Origin: Nitrospiraceae bacterium
GTDB taxonomy: Bacteria; Nitrospirota; Nitrospiria; Nitrospirales; Nitrospiraceae
Direction of reading: 5' to 3'
DNA length: 64,000 bases
Assembly: GCA_037442105.1 (NCBI GenBank)
Contig: JBBIQV010000008.1
Coordinates: forward strand, 1-64,000
Position numbers and translations under genes: made by a program. Positions 56,197 to 64,000 of the stretch are shown piece after piece (the first letter of the stretch is position 1; each line of letters starts with the position of its first letter). The notes below the pieces were generated by a model. It worked only from the letters and a program-made list of their open reading frames with translations, was not told the origin of the DNA and did no database searches.

Positions 56197-56508
56197 ATGG
56201 ACCCTGTCAGGATCGGTGTTTCCGCTATTCCTGCCGTCGGCAATTCGCCCGCCCCTTCAGCGGTCGGACACGCCGGCAGTGCGCACGAAAACGGTTTTCT
56301 GGACACTTTGAAAGATGCAATCACGCAGGTCAATGACATCCAGTTGCAGGCCAGCCACGCGGTCGATGAACTCATGACCGGCCGGACGCAGAATATTCAC
56401 CAAACGATGGTCGCATTGCAGCAGGCGGATATCTCGTTCCAGCTCATGATGCAGATTCGCAATAAGCTGGTGGGCGCTTACGAAGAAATTCAACGGATGC
56501 AGATTTGA
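56197..56508 (+). CDS. fliE: Flagellar hook-basal body protein FliE
   Basis: QIRNKLVGAYEEIQRMQI. Confidence 0.95.
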   Translation: MDPVRIGVSAIPAVGNSPAPSAVGHAGSAHENGFLDTLKDAITQVNDIQLQASHAVDELMTGRTQNIHQTMVALQQADISFQLMMQIRNKLVGAYEEIQRMQI

Positions 56509-56567
56509 CCATCCTGCTGAGAGACTCTGACAGCAAAGCTCCCTCTTAACGAAAGGGAACACCACCC

Positions 56568-58133
56568 ATGTTCGAGCCGCTGAGTCGCTTCACGGTCAAC
56601 CAACGTATGATCGTCCTGCTGGCCCTCGCCGGTTCGGTCGCCGGGTTGATTGCGATCGCCCTCTGGACGCAGCAGCCGGACATGCAGGTGCTCTTTTCGA
56701 ACCTGTCCACCGAAGATGCCTCGTCGATCGTCGACAAGCTGAAAGAACTGAAAGTGCCGTACGAGATGAGCGGCGGCGGAACGACGGTTCTCGTCCCGAG
56801 CGCACAGGTCCACGACCTCCGGCTCCAGTTGGCGGGACAGGGCCTTCCGCACGGCGGCGGGATCGGCTTCGAGATTTTCGACCGCTCGACCCTGGGCATG
56901 TCGGAGTTCGTCCAAAAGCTCAATTACCGTCGTGCCCTCCAAGGCGAGCTGGCGCGCACGGTGGCGCAGATGCCGGGTGTCGAGCGAGCGCGCGTGCATC
57001 TTGCGATTCCCGAACGGCGGCTCTTCAGCACGGAACACGATCGCCCGCGGGCGTCGGTGGTGGTGTCGCTCCATAACGGCCAATTGCTGAGCAAGGGACA
57101 AGTGCAGGGCATCGTGCATTTAGTGGCGAGTAGCGTCGAAGGGCTCCAGGCTCGCGATGTCACCATAGTGGACGGGCAAGGGCGTCTCTTGTCGAGTACC
57201 GCGGCCGATGACTCGACGGGCCTCACCGGTTCACAACTCGAGTACCAGCAAACGTTGGAGAAAGATACCGAGACGCGCATCCAGACGATGCTGGAACGGA
57301 TCGTCGGCGCCAACAAGGCCGTCGTCCGCGTATCCAGCGTGCTGGACTTCCGAAAGGTTGAAACGACGGAAGAACGGTTCGACCCCAACGGCCAGGTCGT
57401 CCGCAGCGAGCAGCGAGGGCAGGAAAAGTCGAGCGGCGTCAACGGTGCCTCCGGCGGTGTACCTGGTGTGCAGTCGAACGTGCCCCCTGGAACGGAACAG
57501 GAGGCTGCGCAAACGAGCTCGAGCGCCAGCCAGACCAAGAACGAGACCGTGAACTATGAAATCAGCCGCACCGTGTCGCGAATCGTGGAACCGACCGGCA
57601 CCATCAAGAAGCTGTCCGTGGCCGTGTTGGTGGACGGAACCTACGAGGTTGCCAAGCCCGCGGAAGGTGACAAGACGACTACGGGCGAATCGACGAGGAA
57701 ATATATCCCGCGGTCCGCAGAAGAAATGACTCGGATCGAAGAGATCGTCAAGAAAGCGATGGGTTATTCGGCCGAACGGCAGGATCAGGTGGAGGTGGTC
57801 AACATCCAGTTCGGCTTCGGCGAAGAGAGTCAGCCGACTGGTACGGAAACAGTCGCTGAGCCTCAGAAACTCTGGGCTCCCTATGTCCGGTACGGCGTCG
57901 GCGGGCTGTTGTTCTTACTCCTCTTGTTCTTCGTGGTGCGTCCGCTGTTAACCATGTTGGCGGCGTCCCCGACTTCGAGCGCATCCGCCGAGACACTGTC
58001 GTTGCCGGCCTCGGTCAGTCAAGTCGAAGCGTCTTTGGGAGGAAAGCCACGGGCGCAGATCGTCGACATGGCGCGGGGGAATCCTGATGCGACCGCCGTC
58101 GTCGTCAAGCAATGGCTCAAGAGTAACGCGTGA
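56568..58133 (+). CDS. fliF: Flagellar MS-ring protein FliF
   Basis: GFEIFD, RALQGELART, ARVHLAIPE, VHLVASSV.GL, NYEIS, LSVAVLVDG, VVKQWL. Confidence 0.96.
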   Translation: MFEPLSRFTVNQRMIVLLALAGSVAGLIAIALWTQQPDMQVLFSNLSTEDASSIVDKLKELKVPYEMSGGGTTVLVPSAQVHDLRLQLAGQGLPHGGGIGFEIFDRSTLGMSEFVQKLNYRRALQGELARTVAQMPGVERARVHLAIPERRLFSTEHDRPRASVVVSLHNGQLLSKGQVQGIVHLVASSVEGLQARDVTIVDGQGRLLSSTAADDSTGLTGSQLEYQQTLEKDTETRIQTMLERIVGANKAVVRVSSVLDFRKVETTEERFDPNGQVVRSEQRGQEKSSGVNGASGGVPGVQSNVPPGTEQEAAQTSSSASQTKNETVNYEISRTVSRIVEPTGTIKKLSVAVLVDGTYEVAKPAEGDKTTTGESTRKYIPRSAEEMTRIEEIVKKAMGYSAERQDQVEVVNIQFGFGEESQPTGTETVAEPQKLWAPYVRYGVGGLLFLLLLFFVVRPLLTMLAASPTSSASAETLSLPASVSQVEASLGGKPRAQIVDMARGNPDATAVVVKQWLKSNA

Positions 58134-58145
58134 GGGTTATGCACG

Positions 58146-59138
58146 ATGACCAAAGAACTGTCCGGGGAACAAAAAGCCGCCATCCTGTTGCGTGCCATCG
58201 GCGAAGACGCGGCCGCGCAAGTCATGAAGTGTTTGGACCCCGCAGAGATCAGAAAATTGGGGTCTTACATGAAAGACACCGCCAACATCTCGAAAGATGA
58301 AGAGGACGTAGTCATCGCAGAGTTCGACAAGGAAAACGCGCGGGGCGAAACCCAGTTTGAAGGCAAGGAATATATCAAGAATATTCTCATCAAAGCCTTG
58401 GGCGTCGAAAAAGCGGCGCCTCTCCTCGAATCCATTAATACCAAAACCTATCCGGGCATCGATGCGTTGAAGTGGATCGACGCCAAGACCGTGGTGCAGA
58501 TGCTCAAGGTCGAACATCCGCAAACGATCGCCGTCGTCTTGGCCCACTTGGAATCGGATCAAGCGGGCCAAGTGCTGGCGGGGCTGCCCGATACCTTGCG
58601 CGCCGACGTGGCCATGCGCCTCGCCACGATAGAGGAGGTTCATCCTGACGTGCTCGAGGAATTGAGCAATTCGCTCCAGCAGATCCTCACAGCTAATACG
58701 GGATCACGACCGTCGAGCGTCGGAGGGACCGAAGTAATCGCCGATATTCTGACTCGACTCGACAAGGCGGTCGAGAGCGGCATCATGACCAAGATTTCCG
58801 AACGCAACCAGACGTTGGCGGACAACATTCGTGCTCTGATGTTCGTCTTCGACGACCTAATCAAGCTGGATGATCGCGCGATGCAGGAACTTATGAAAGA
58901 GATCAGCAAGGAAGATCTTCCCATTGCGTTGCGAGGGGCCAGCCAGGATGTCAGGGACAAGTTTTTCAAAAATATGTCCAGCCGGGCCGCCGAGATGCTC
59001 AAGGAGGATATGGAGACCCGCGGGCCGGTCAAGATCAGCGACGTTCAGAAGACCCAACAAAACATCCTCAAAGTGTGCCGCAAGCTCGAAGAGGAAGGGC
59101 GCATCGTGATAGGCGGCGGAGGAGAAACGCTGGTCTAA
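58146..59138 (+). CDS. fliG: Flagellar motor switch protein FliG
   Basis: QKAAILL, EHPQTIA, MFVFDDL, ALRGA, NMSSRAA. Confidence 0.96.
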   Translation: MTKELSGEQKAAILLRAIGEDAAAQVMKCLDPAEIRKLGSYMKDTANISKDEEDVVIAEFDKENARGETQFEGKEYIKNILIKALGVEKAAPLLESINTKTYPGIDALKWIDAKTVVQMLKVEHPQTIAVVLAHLESDQAGQVLAGLPDTLRADVAMRLATIEEVHPDVLEELSNSLQQILTANTGSRPSSVGGTEVIADILTRLDKAVESGIMTKISERNQTLADNIRALMFVFDDLIKLDDRAMQELMKEISKEDLPIALRGASQDVRDKFFKNMSSRAAEMLKEDMETRGPVKISDVQKTQQNILKVCRKLEEEGRIVIGGGGETLV

Positions 59139-60191
59139 ATGTCGATGGCCACAAATGTCCGAGATCCCAGCACAAATGCTCTGCGAACGGCACCCCGCGA
59201 CGCGGCCCTGGAATCCATCCTGGTCGTGGACGATGAAGAATCGCTGCGCGACCTGCTTTCGACGATTCTCGGCGGCGAGGGGTACCAGGTTGCCGTCGCC
59301 GCGACGGGCGAGGATGCGCTGCGGCACTTGAAGGCCCATCCGGTCGATCTCCTCATCGCCGACATCAAGCTTCCCGACACGGACGGCATCACGCTGATCC
59401 GGCGAGCTTTTGAGATCGACGCCAAGCTCTTGGCGATCGCGATCACCGGCCACGGGAGCGTGGACTTGGCCGTCAACGCAATGAAGGCCGGCGCGTCGGA
59501 TTTTCTCACGAAGCCCTTCCAGCCCGAGCTTGTGTCCCTGACCGTCAAACGTCTGGCCGATCTTCGACGGCTTCAACAGGAGAATACGGTATTGAAACAT
59601 TCGCTTATCCGATCAGGGAGCGTCCGCGTCAACGCCGTCGCCCTTGCCGACTTCGCCAATGGCGGGCGAGTGGAGGGGCCCGACGGCTTGACGGAGTTTG
59701 AGCGGGGACTCGCCGAAGGGGAACGGCGCGTTGTCCAACGCGACGGCGCGGCGCGTGAGCGAGCGCGCACCTTGTTGACGACCCTGGCGCAGCGTCTCGA
59801 AGAGGCATGGAAAAACCTCCACGTTTCGGTGGAAGGGGAAGTGAACGCGCTCGCGTTCGCCATTGCCGAGAAGGTTTTGCGACAGGCGGCAGAAGAGAAA
59901 CGCGACGCCGTGCTCGACCAGGTGCGAGCCGCGCTGGCCCATGTGCACGACAGCGGGATCGTGCACATCCGCGCCCATCCGTCTGATATCCCGATCTTGG
60001 AGTCCGCACGCGACTGTTTGGGAAAGAACTGCGAGCGTGCGGTGACGTTCGTTTTGGCGGGTGATCCGAACGTCTCTCCGGGCGGCTGTCTCGTCCAAAC
60101 CGCCAGCCGGTTGGTGGACGCCACCTTGGAAGCGCAACTGTTACGGCTAGGAGACGCGATTCGACGAAGGGAACGCCGTGAAATCCGTTGA
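59139..60191 (+). CDS. fliH: FliH with N-terminal response-regulator receiver domain
   Basis: REC (ILVVDDE, IADIKLP, ITGHG, FLTKPF), then FERGLAEG, LAFAIAEKVL, IRAHPSD, D.NVSPGGCLVQT..RLVDATLEAQL; lies between fliG and fliI. Confidence 0.9.
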   Translation: MSMATNVRDPSTNALRTAPRDAALESILVVDDEESLRDLLSTILGGEGYQVAVAATGEDALRHLKAHPVDLLIADIKLPDTDGITLIRRAFEIDAKLLAIAITGHGSVDLAVNAMKAGASDFLTKPFQPELVSLTVKRLADLRRLQQENTVLKHSLIRSGSVRVNAVALADFANGGRVEGPDGLTEFERGLAEGERRVVQRDGAARERARTLLTTLAQRLEEAWKNLHVSVEGEVNALAFAIAEKVLRQAAEEKRDAVLDQVRAALAHVHDSGIVHIRAHPSDIPILESARDCLGKNCERAVTFVLAGDPNVSPGGCLVQTASRLVDATLEAQLLRLGDAIRRRERREIR

Positions 60192-61485
60192 CCTGTTGGA
60201 AGGTATCGATCCGCTTGTCGTGCATGGCCGGGTGTCCCAGGCGGTCGGCATCGTGATTGAAGGCTACGGACCGGTCACCTCGGTCGGAGAAGTCTGCGAC
60301 ATCACCAGAGAGGACGGGCAGGGCACGGTGTTGGCGGAAGTCGTCGGATTCCGAGGAGAACGGGTGCTCCTCATGCCGCTCGGCGAGATGCAGGGGATCG
60401 GACCGGGCAGTCGCCTTCTGATGAAAGGACAAGCCGCTGCCGTTCCTGTCGGGTCTCAACTCTTGGGGAGGATTGTGAACGGACTGGGAGAACCCATGGA
60501 CGGCCGCGGTGCCGTGGCTGCCGAGACGACGTATCCTCTCCACGCACCGCCTCCCGATCCCTTGCGACGCGCCCGGATTACCCGTCCGCTTGATCTTGGC
60601 GTGCGAGCCTTGAATGCCCTGCTTTCATGCGGTATCGGCCAGAAACTCGGCATCTTCGCCACCTCGGGTGTCGGGAAGAGCGTGCTGCTGGGGATGATCA
60701 GCCGCTACACCTCGGCCGACGTCAATGTCATCGCTCTTGTCGGTGAGCGTGGTCGTGAGGTCAAGGAGTTTCTCGAACGCGATCTCACGCCTGCCGCGCT
60801 CCAACGATCCGTCGTTGTCGTTGCAACATCGGATCAGCCGCCGCTTATCCGCATCCGTGGCGCCCTGCTGGCTACCGCCATCGCCGAGTACTTCCGGGAT
60901 TGCGGTCAGCAGGTATTGCTCATGATGGATTCCTTGACCCGCCTGGCCTACGGGCAGCGCGAGATCGGCCTGGCCATCGGCGAACCTCCGACGACGAAGG
61001 GGTATACGCCGTCCGTCTTTACGCTTTTGCCGAAATTGCTGGAGCGAGTGGGCACCTGCCAAGGTGCCGGATCGATCACCGGCCTGTACACGGTCTTGGT
61101 GGACGGCGACGAACTCTCCGATCCGATTGCAGAAACAGCACGCTCGATCCTGGACGGCCATATCGTGCTCTCTCGCGAACTCGCTGCTCGCAGCCACTTC
61201 CCGGCGATCGACATTTTGCAGAGCGCCAGCCGAGTCATGCGCGATATCGTGACCCCGGCTCATTATGCGGCGGCGAGACGGATCGTGGAGTTGTCGGCGG
61301 TGTATCGGCGATCGGAAGACCTGATCACCCTCGGCGCATACAAGCCCGGCGCCAACAAAGATCTGGACCGCGCGGTGGCTGCACAAGACGCAATCATGGC
61401 ATTCCTCCGGCAAGATCTCGATACGCGGGACGATTGGGCGCACTCAATTGACGCGCTCCTGAAGCTCGAACAGGCAACCAGATGA
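60178..61485 (+). CDS. fliI: Flagellar export ATPase FliI
   Basis: SGVGKS, LVGERGREV, VVVVATSD, MDSLTR, GEPPTTKGYTPSVF, LDGHIVLSR. Confidence 0.96.
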   Translation: MKSVDLLEGIDPLVVHGRVSQAVGIVIEGYGPVTSVGEVCDITREDGQGTVLAEVVGFRGERVLLMPLGEMQGIGPGSRLLMKGQAAAVPVGSQLLGRIVNGLGEPMDGRGAVAAETTYPLHAPPPDPLRRARITRPLDLGVRALNALLSCGIGQKLGIFATSGVGKSVLLGMISRYTSADVNVIALVGERGREVKEFLERDLTPAALQRSVVVVATSDQPPLIRIRGALLATAIAEYFRDCGQQVLLMMDSLTRLAYGQREIGLAIGEPPTTKGYTPSVFTLLPKLLERVGTCQGAGSITGLYTVLVDGDELSDPIAETARSILDGHIVLSRELAARSHFPAIDILQSASRVMRDIVTPAHYAAARRIVELSAVYRRSEDLITLGAYKPGANKDLDRAVAAQDAIMAFLRQDLDTRDDWAHSIDALLKLEQATR

Positions 61486-61913
61486 ACCTCACCGTCCTCC
61501 GAACGTACCGGGCGCAATTGGAAGACCGGCTTCAAGCTGAATTGGCTCAACTGACCGAATCGCTGCACGAGACCGAAACCAGACGGGTGCAGCTCGAAGC
61601 CGAGGCGGACGCGAAGGCGCAGGCCTACCTACGGAAGAGCCAAGCCGGGATGACTCCGGGAGAAGCCGAAGATCACTATGCCGCGATGGACGTCCTGGCC
61701 GGGCTGATCGCGCAAGCGCGGCAGCAAGAAGCACACATTCAAGCCGTACGGAAGCAGAAGCAGGCGGATGTGCTCGATGCGGCACGCGAACGCAAGAAGT
61801 TGGATATTCTGGCAGACCGGCAACAACAGGAACGCCGGCTCCGGCAGGAACGTCAGGTCCAACGACTCCTGGACGAGGTCGCCGGCCGGCGTGCGAGGCG
61901 CGATCAGGATTGA
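61482..61913 (+). CDS. fliJ: Flagellar export protein FliJ
   Basis: 143-aa coiled coil after fliI; A.RERKKL.IL...Q..LDE. Confidence 0.8.
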   Translation: MNLTVLRTYRAQLEDRLQAELAQLTESLHETETRRVQLEAEADAKAQAYLRKSQAGMTPGEAEDHYAAMDVLAGLIAQARQQEAHIQAVRKQKQADVLDAARERKKLDILADRQQQERRLRQERQVQRLLDEVAGRRARRDQD

Positions 61914-62701
61914 CCATGACCCCACGACGCCAACAGCCGCGCCCCGTGTTATCTCCTGTGCCGGTACCGCTGCGGGCAAACTCTACGTTCCGCCCTATTG
62001 TCCTTGGCGCCGTCCTCTCGCTTTCTCTGCTCGGCTCGTGGGGACTCGGACTGCTCGTCCAAGCTTCATCGCCTTCGGGTCAGGCTGCGCCAGCATCGCT
62101 TACTCCGGCCTCCGCACCACCGGCTCAGCCGCCCGACGCCACCGTGAAAAGCGTGGCTGCCGGTATCGATCCCTTGGCGCCTTCTTCCGATCCCAAGGCC
62201 AAAGCGCAGCCCGCCAGTGCCGGCGCTTCAGAAGCGAACCAACACGCCGTTCAGGGACCGGCCGTCGATATTCCGCAAGAAGTCATCGAGATGTTGGATT
62301 TGCGAAAACACGATCTCGATAAACGCGAAGAAGCCGTCCGTGTGTCGGAAGAGCGGCTCACCCTCTTGAAGGCCGAGCTCGAACAGATTTTGACGAAGGT
62401 GGAGGAAGCGGAGAAGAAACACAAGGATGTCAAGGACAAACAAGACAAGACTGTTGCGGACCAGAAAGCCAAAGCGGAACAAAAAGCCGCCGACGTGCGG
62501 AACCAGCACCAGGCCCAACTCATTAAGATCTTCGAGAGCATGCCGCCGGAAGAAGCAGCCGCCAGGCTCGAGAAAATGCCGGACCGCAAAGCAGTCGAAG
62601 TTCTACGGCTTCTCAAAGGGAAGACCGCCGGCGCGATTTTATCTTCCGTCAAGGTCGAGCGTGCCGCAAGACTCACGGAACAGTTGCTCGCGACTCCTTG
62701 A
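61910..62701 (+). CDS. MotE/FlbB/YlxF-like (MgtE_N-like) flagellar protein
   Basis: TM, coiled coil, then LIKIFESMPPEEAA..LEKM....AV.VL..L....AGAIL. Confidence 0.8.
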   Translation: MTMTPRRQQPRPVLSPVPVPLRANSTFRPIVLGAVLSLSLLGSWGLGLLVQASSPSGQAAPASLTPASAPPAQPPDATVKSVAAGIDPLAPSSDPKAKAQPASAGASEANQHAVQGPAVDIPQEVIEMLDLRKHDLDKREEAVRVSEERLTLLKAELEQILTKVEEAEKKHKDVKDKQDKTVADQKAKAEQKAADVRNQHQAQLIKIFESMPPEEAAARLEKMPDRKAVEVLRLLKGKTAGAILSSVKVERAARLTEQLLATP

Positions 62702-62725
62702 TTACCCTCACGTGCACAGTCCGCG

Positions 62726-62849
62726 GGAAAGTTTTGCCTTAGCGTCCTGCAACTTTTTCCGATTCCTGCCGGCAACTCTCTTCTGATTCGTCAAAATACC
62801 GCGCCATTTGCATCCGCGATGTTCTCCTTCACATGGCACATCCCTTGAA
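62726..62849 (+). promoter_or_regulatory. Candidate UAS pair plus sigma54-like promoter upstream of fliK
   Basis: GGAAAGTTTTGCC (62726), TGCAACTTTTTCC (62748), TGGCACATCCCTTGAA (62834; GG-N10-GA). Confidence 0.55.
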
Positions 62850-62902
62850 TACTTCCACAGCGAATGATGAGTTGGCGATTGTCCTGAACGGGCGTGCGCG
62901 AC

Positions 62903-64000
62903 ATGCAATTTACAGCCATACTTCCCAATCTTGTGAACGGCAAGGCAGCAGACGCCTCGGTAGCTTCAGGCCCGTCCGATCCTCGTCAACATTCCTCCGC
63001 GTCGGGATCCTCAGTGAACGGGTTTCTCACGGTCTTCCACGAAGCCCACACCATGAGCCCCTGCTGTCCCGGTGTTGGTGCGGCGGAAGACGCATCCTCG
63101 GAAAGCATGGGCATGGATTCGGAAAACCTCGCCCATTCCATGCCTCCACTCTTACTGGGTCTTGCCGGTACGCTGCTCTCAGCAACTCAATCCGTCTCGC
63201 CCCTCACTCCGAATGAATCCGTCGCATCCGCGTCTGTCGGCGAGGAATCCGTTTCAACCACCGCGCTTGCTGCGATGGCGCAAGTCGCTTCTTCGACAGG
63301 GCATGAACAGGGAATCACACAGAGTCAGACGGCAGCAATTGCGACGTTCTCTGATGATGAAACAGAGACACCCCTCCCCCCGACTGTGTCCCAAGCGATA
63401 TTGACCTCACATGCGGCCGTGCCTGATGAGGCAGAACAAACGAATCTTGTTGCGCCCACCGCGAGCGGGATAGCAGCCACGCACGAAGAACCCGGTACGT
63501 TTCTCAGCAATGAATCCTCATCCAATGAACCCGTGCTCTCTTCCTCTACTACGGAGTTACGCTCCATGGCGAACGCCGGACAGCCGCCCATGTCCACGGA
63601 TGAACAACTTGTTCCATCACCTACTGCACGGCCTCCCGTGAATGCTGACATCCAAGAGGTAGGGGAGAAGGTGCCAGGGACGGACTTGGACGGGAGATTG
63701 ACGGTTCACCAGACTGCCGCGACCCGTGCCGACCGTGCTGCATCCCGCAATGCCGATGGCAACGACCAGCCCCCGGTTGAGGAGAGGGTATCGCCTACGG
63801 GCCGGCTGTCCGATTCGTCGTCCGGCCGGCCTTCTTTCTCGGTCCAGGCCGGTCGTTCTTATAGAGAGACAGAGCAAGACTCGACTCGATCGTTTCAGCA
63901 GGGATCATCCTCGCTCACGCAAGGCGATCCACACCAAGTCCATCACATCTCCGCCACCTCCCAGTTCAATATTCCGGTGATCGCAGCGGGACACACGGCG
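62903..64000 (+). CDS. fliK: Partial low-complexity protein, probable hook-length control protein FliK (runs off the window)
   Basis: ATG CAA TTT ACA GCC...; Ser/Ala/Glu/Pro-rich frame with no stop seen; position after fliJ-motE; the diagnostic C-terminal domain is outside the window. Confidence 0.6.
   Translation, partial: MQFTAILPNLVNGKAADASVASGPSDPRQHSSASGSSVNGFLTVFHEAHTMSPCCPGVGAAEDASSESMGMDSENLAHSMPPLLLGLAGTLLSATQSVSPLTPNESVASASVGEESVSTTALAAMAQVASSTGHEQGITQSQTAAIATFSDDETETPLPPTVSQAILTSHAAVPDEAEQTNLVAPTASGIAATHEEPGTFLSNESSSNEPVLSSSTTELRSMANAGQPPMSTDEQLVPSPTARPPVNADIQEVGEKVPGTDLDGRLTVHQTAATRADRAASRNADGNDQPPVEERVSPTGRLSDSSSGRPSFSVQAGRSYRETEQDSTRSFQQGSSSLTQGDPHQVHHISATSQFNIPVIAAGHTA

Noticed and set aside
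60650..60685. FliI P-loop FATSGVGKS instead of FAGSGVGKS
   Set aside because: The change is at a variable P-loop position and GKS is intact.
4084..61443. Long antisense ORFs (e.g. 4084-5109, 16440-17447, 30758-32107, 34018-35166, 52404-53573, 60625-61443)
   Set aside because: Shadow frames of GC-rich coding genes; no recognisable motifs.
62105..62121. ccggcctccgcaccac resembling the tRNA-Leu 3' end (possible att site)
   Set aside because: Imperfect, inside a flagellar coding sequence, 50 kb away, and there is no integrase in the window.

Overview
GC-rich bacterial chromosomal window. Gene content and synteny suggest a Nitrospira-like organism, which is an inference and was not checked against a database. 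Left to right: a damaged DUF4258/DUF2283-type toxin-antitoxin pair and a cas6 gene with no other cas gene or CRISPR array in the window; trx, a Zn-ribbon ORF, addB and addA; lgt, ytxH and tRNA-Leu(TAA); a ~13.4 kb accessory type I secretion locus (hlyB, hlyD, a RAYT-type transposase bounded by 23-bp inverted repeats, a putative immunity lipoprotein and a 2383-aa lipase-RTX protein); a kelch protein, comM and clpB; a GlrK/QseG/GlrR-like triad; a TPR/beta-barrel, FecR, CHASE2 adenylate cyclase cassette facing a GAF/HD-GYP gene; tRNA-Thr(TGT); and the start of a sigma54-controlled flagellar cluster (flrA-like, TPR, flrB/C-like, flgBC, fliEFG, REC-fused fliH, fliIJ, motE-like, partial fliK). The most unusual signals are: (1) a dispersed family of 7-nt-periodic hairpin elements, two of them in frame inside Cas6; (2) the lipase-RTX/immunity T1SS locus, bracketed by MITEs and interrupted by the RAYT; (3) a phospho-receiver domain fused to FliH; (4) a split NsrA/CyaK-like trans-envelope cAMP cassette.
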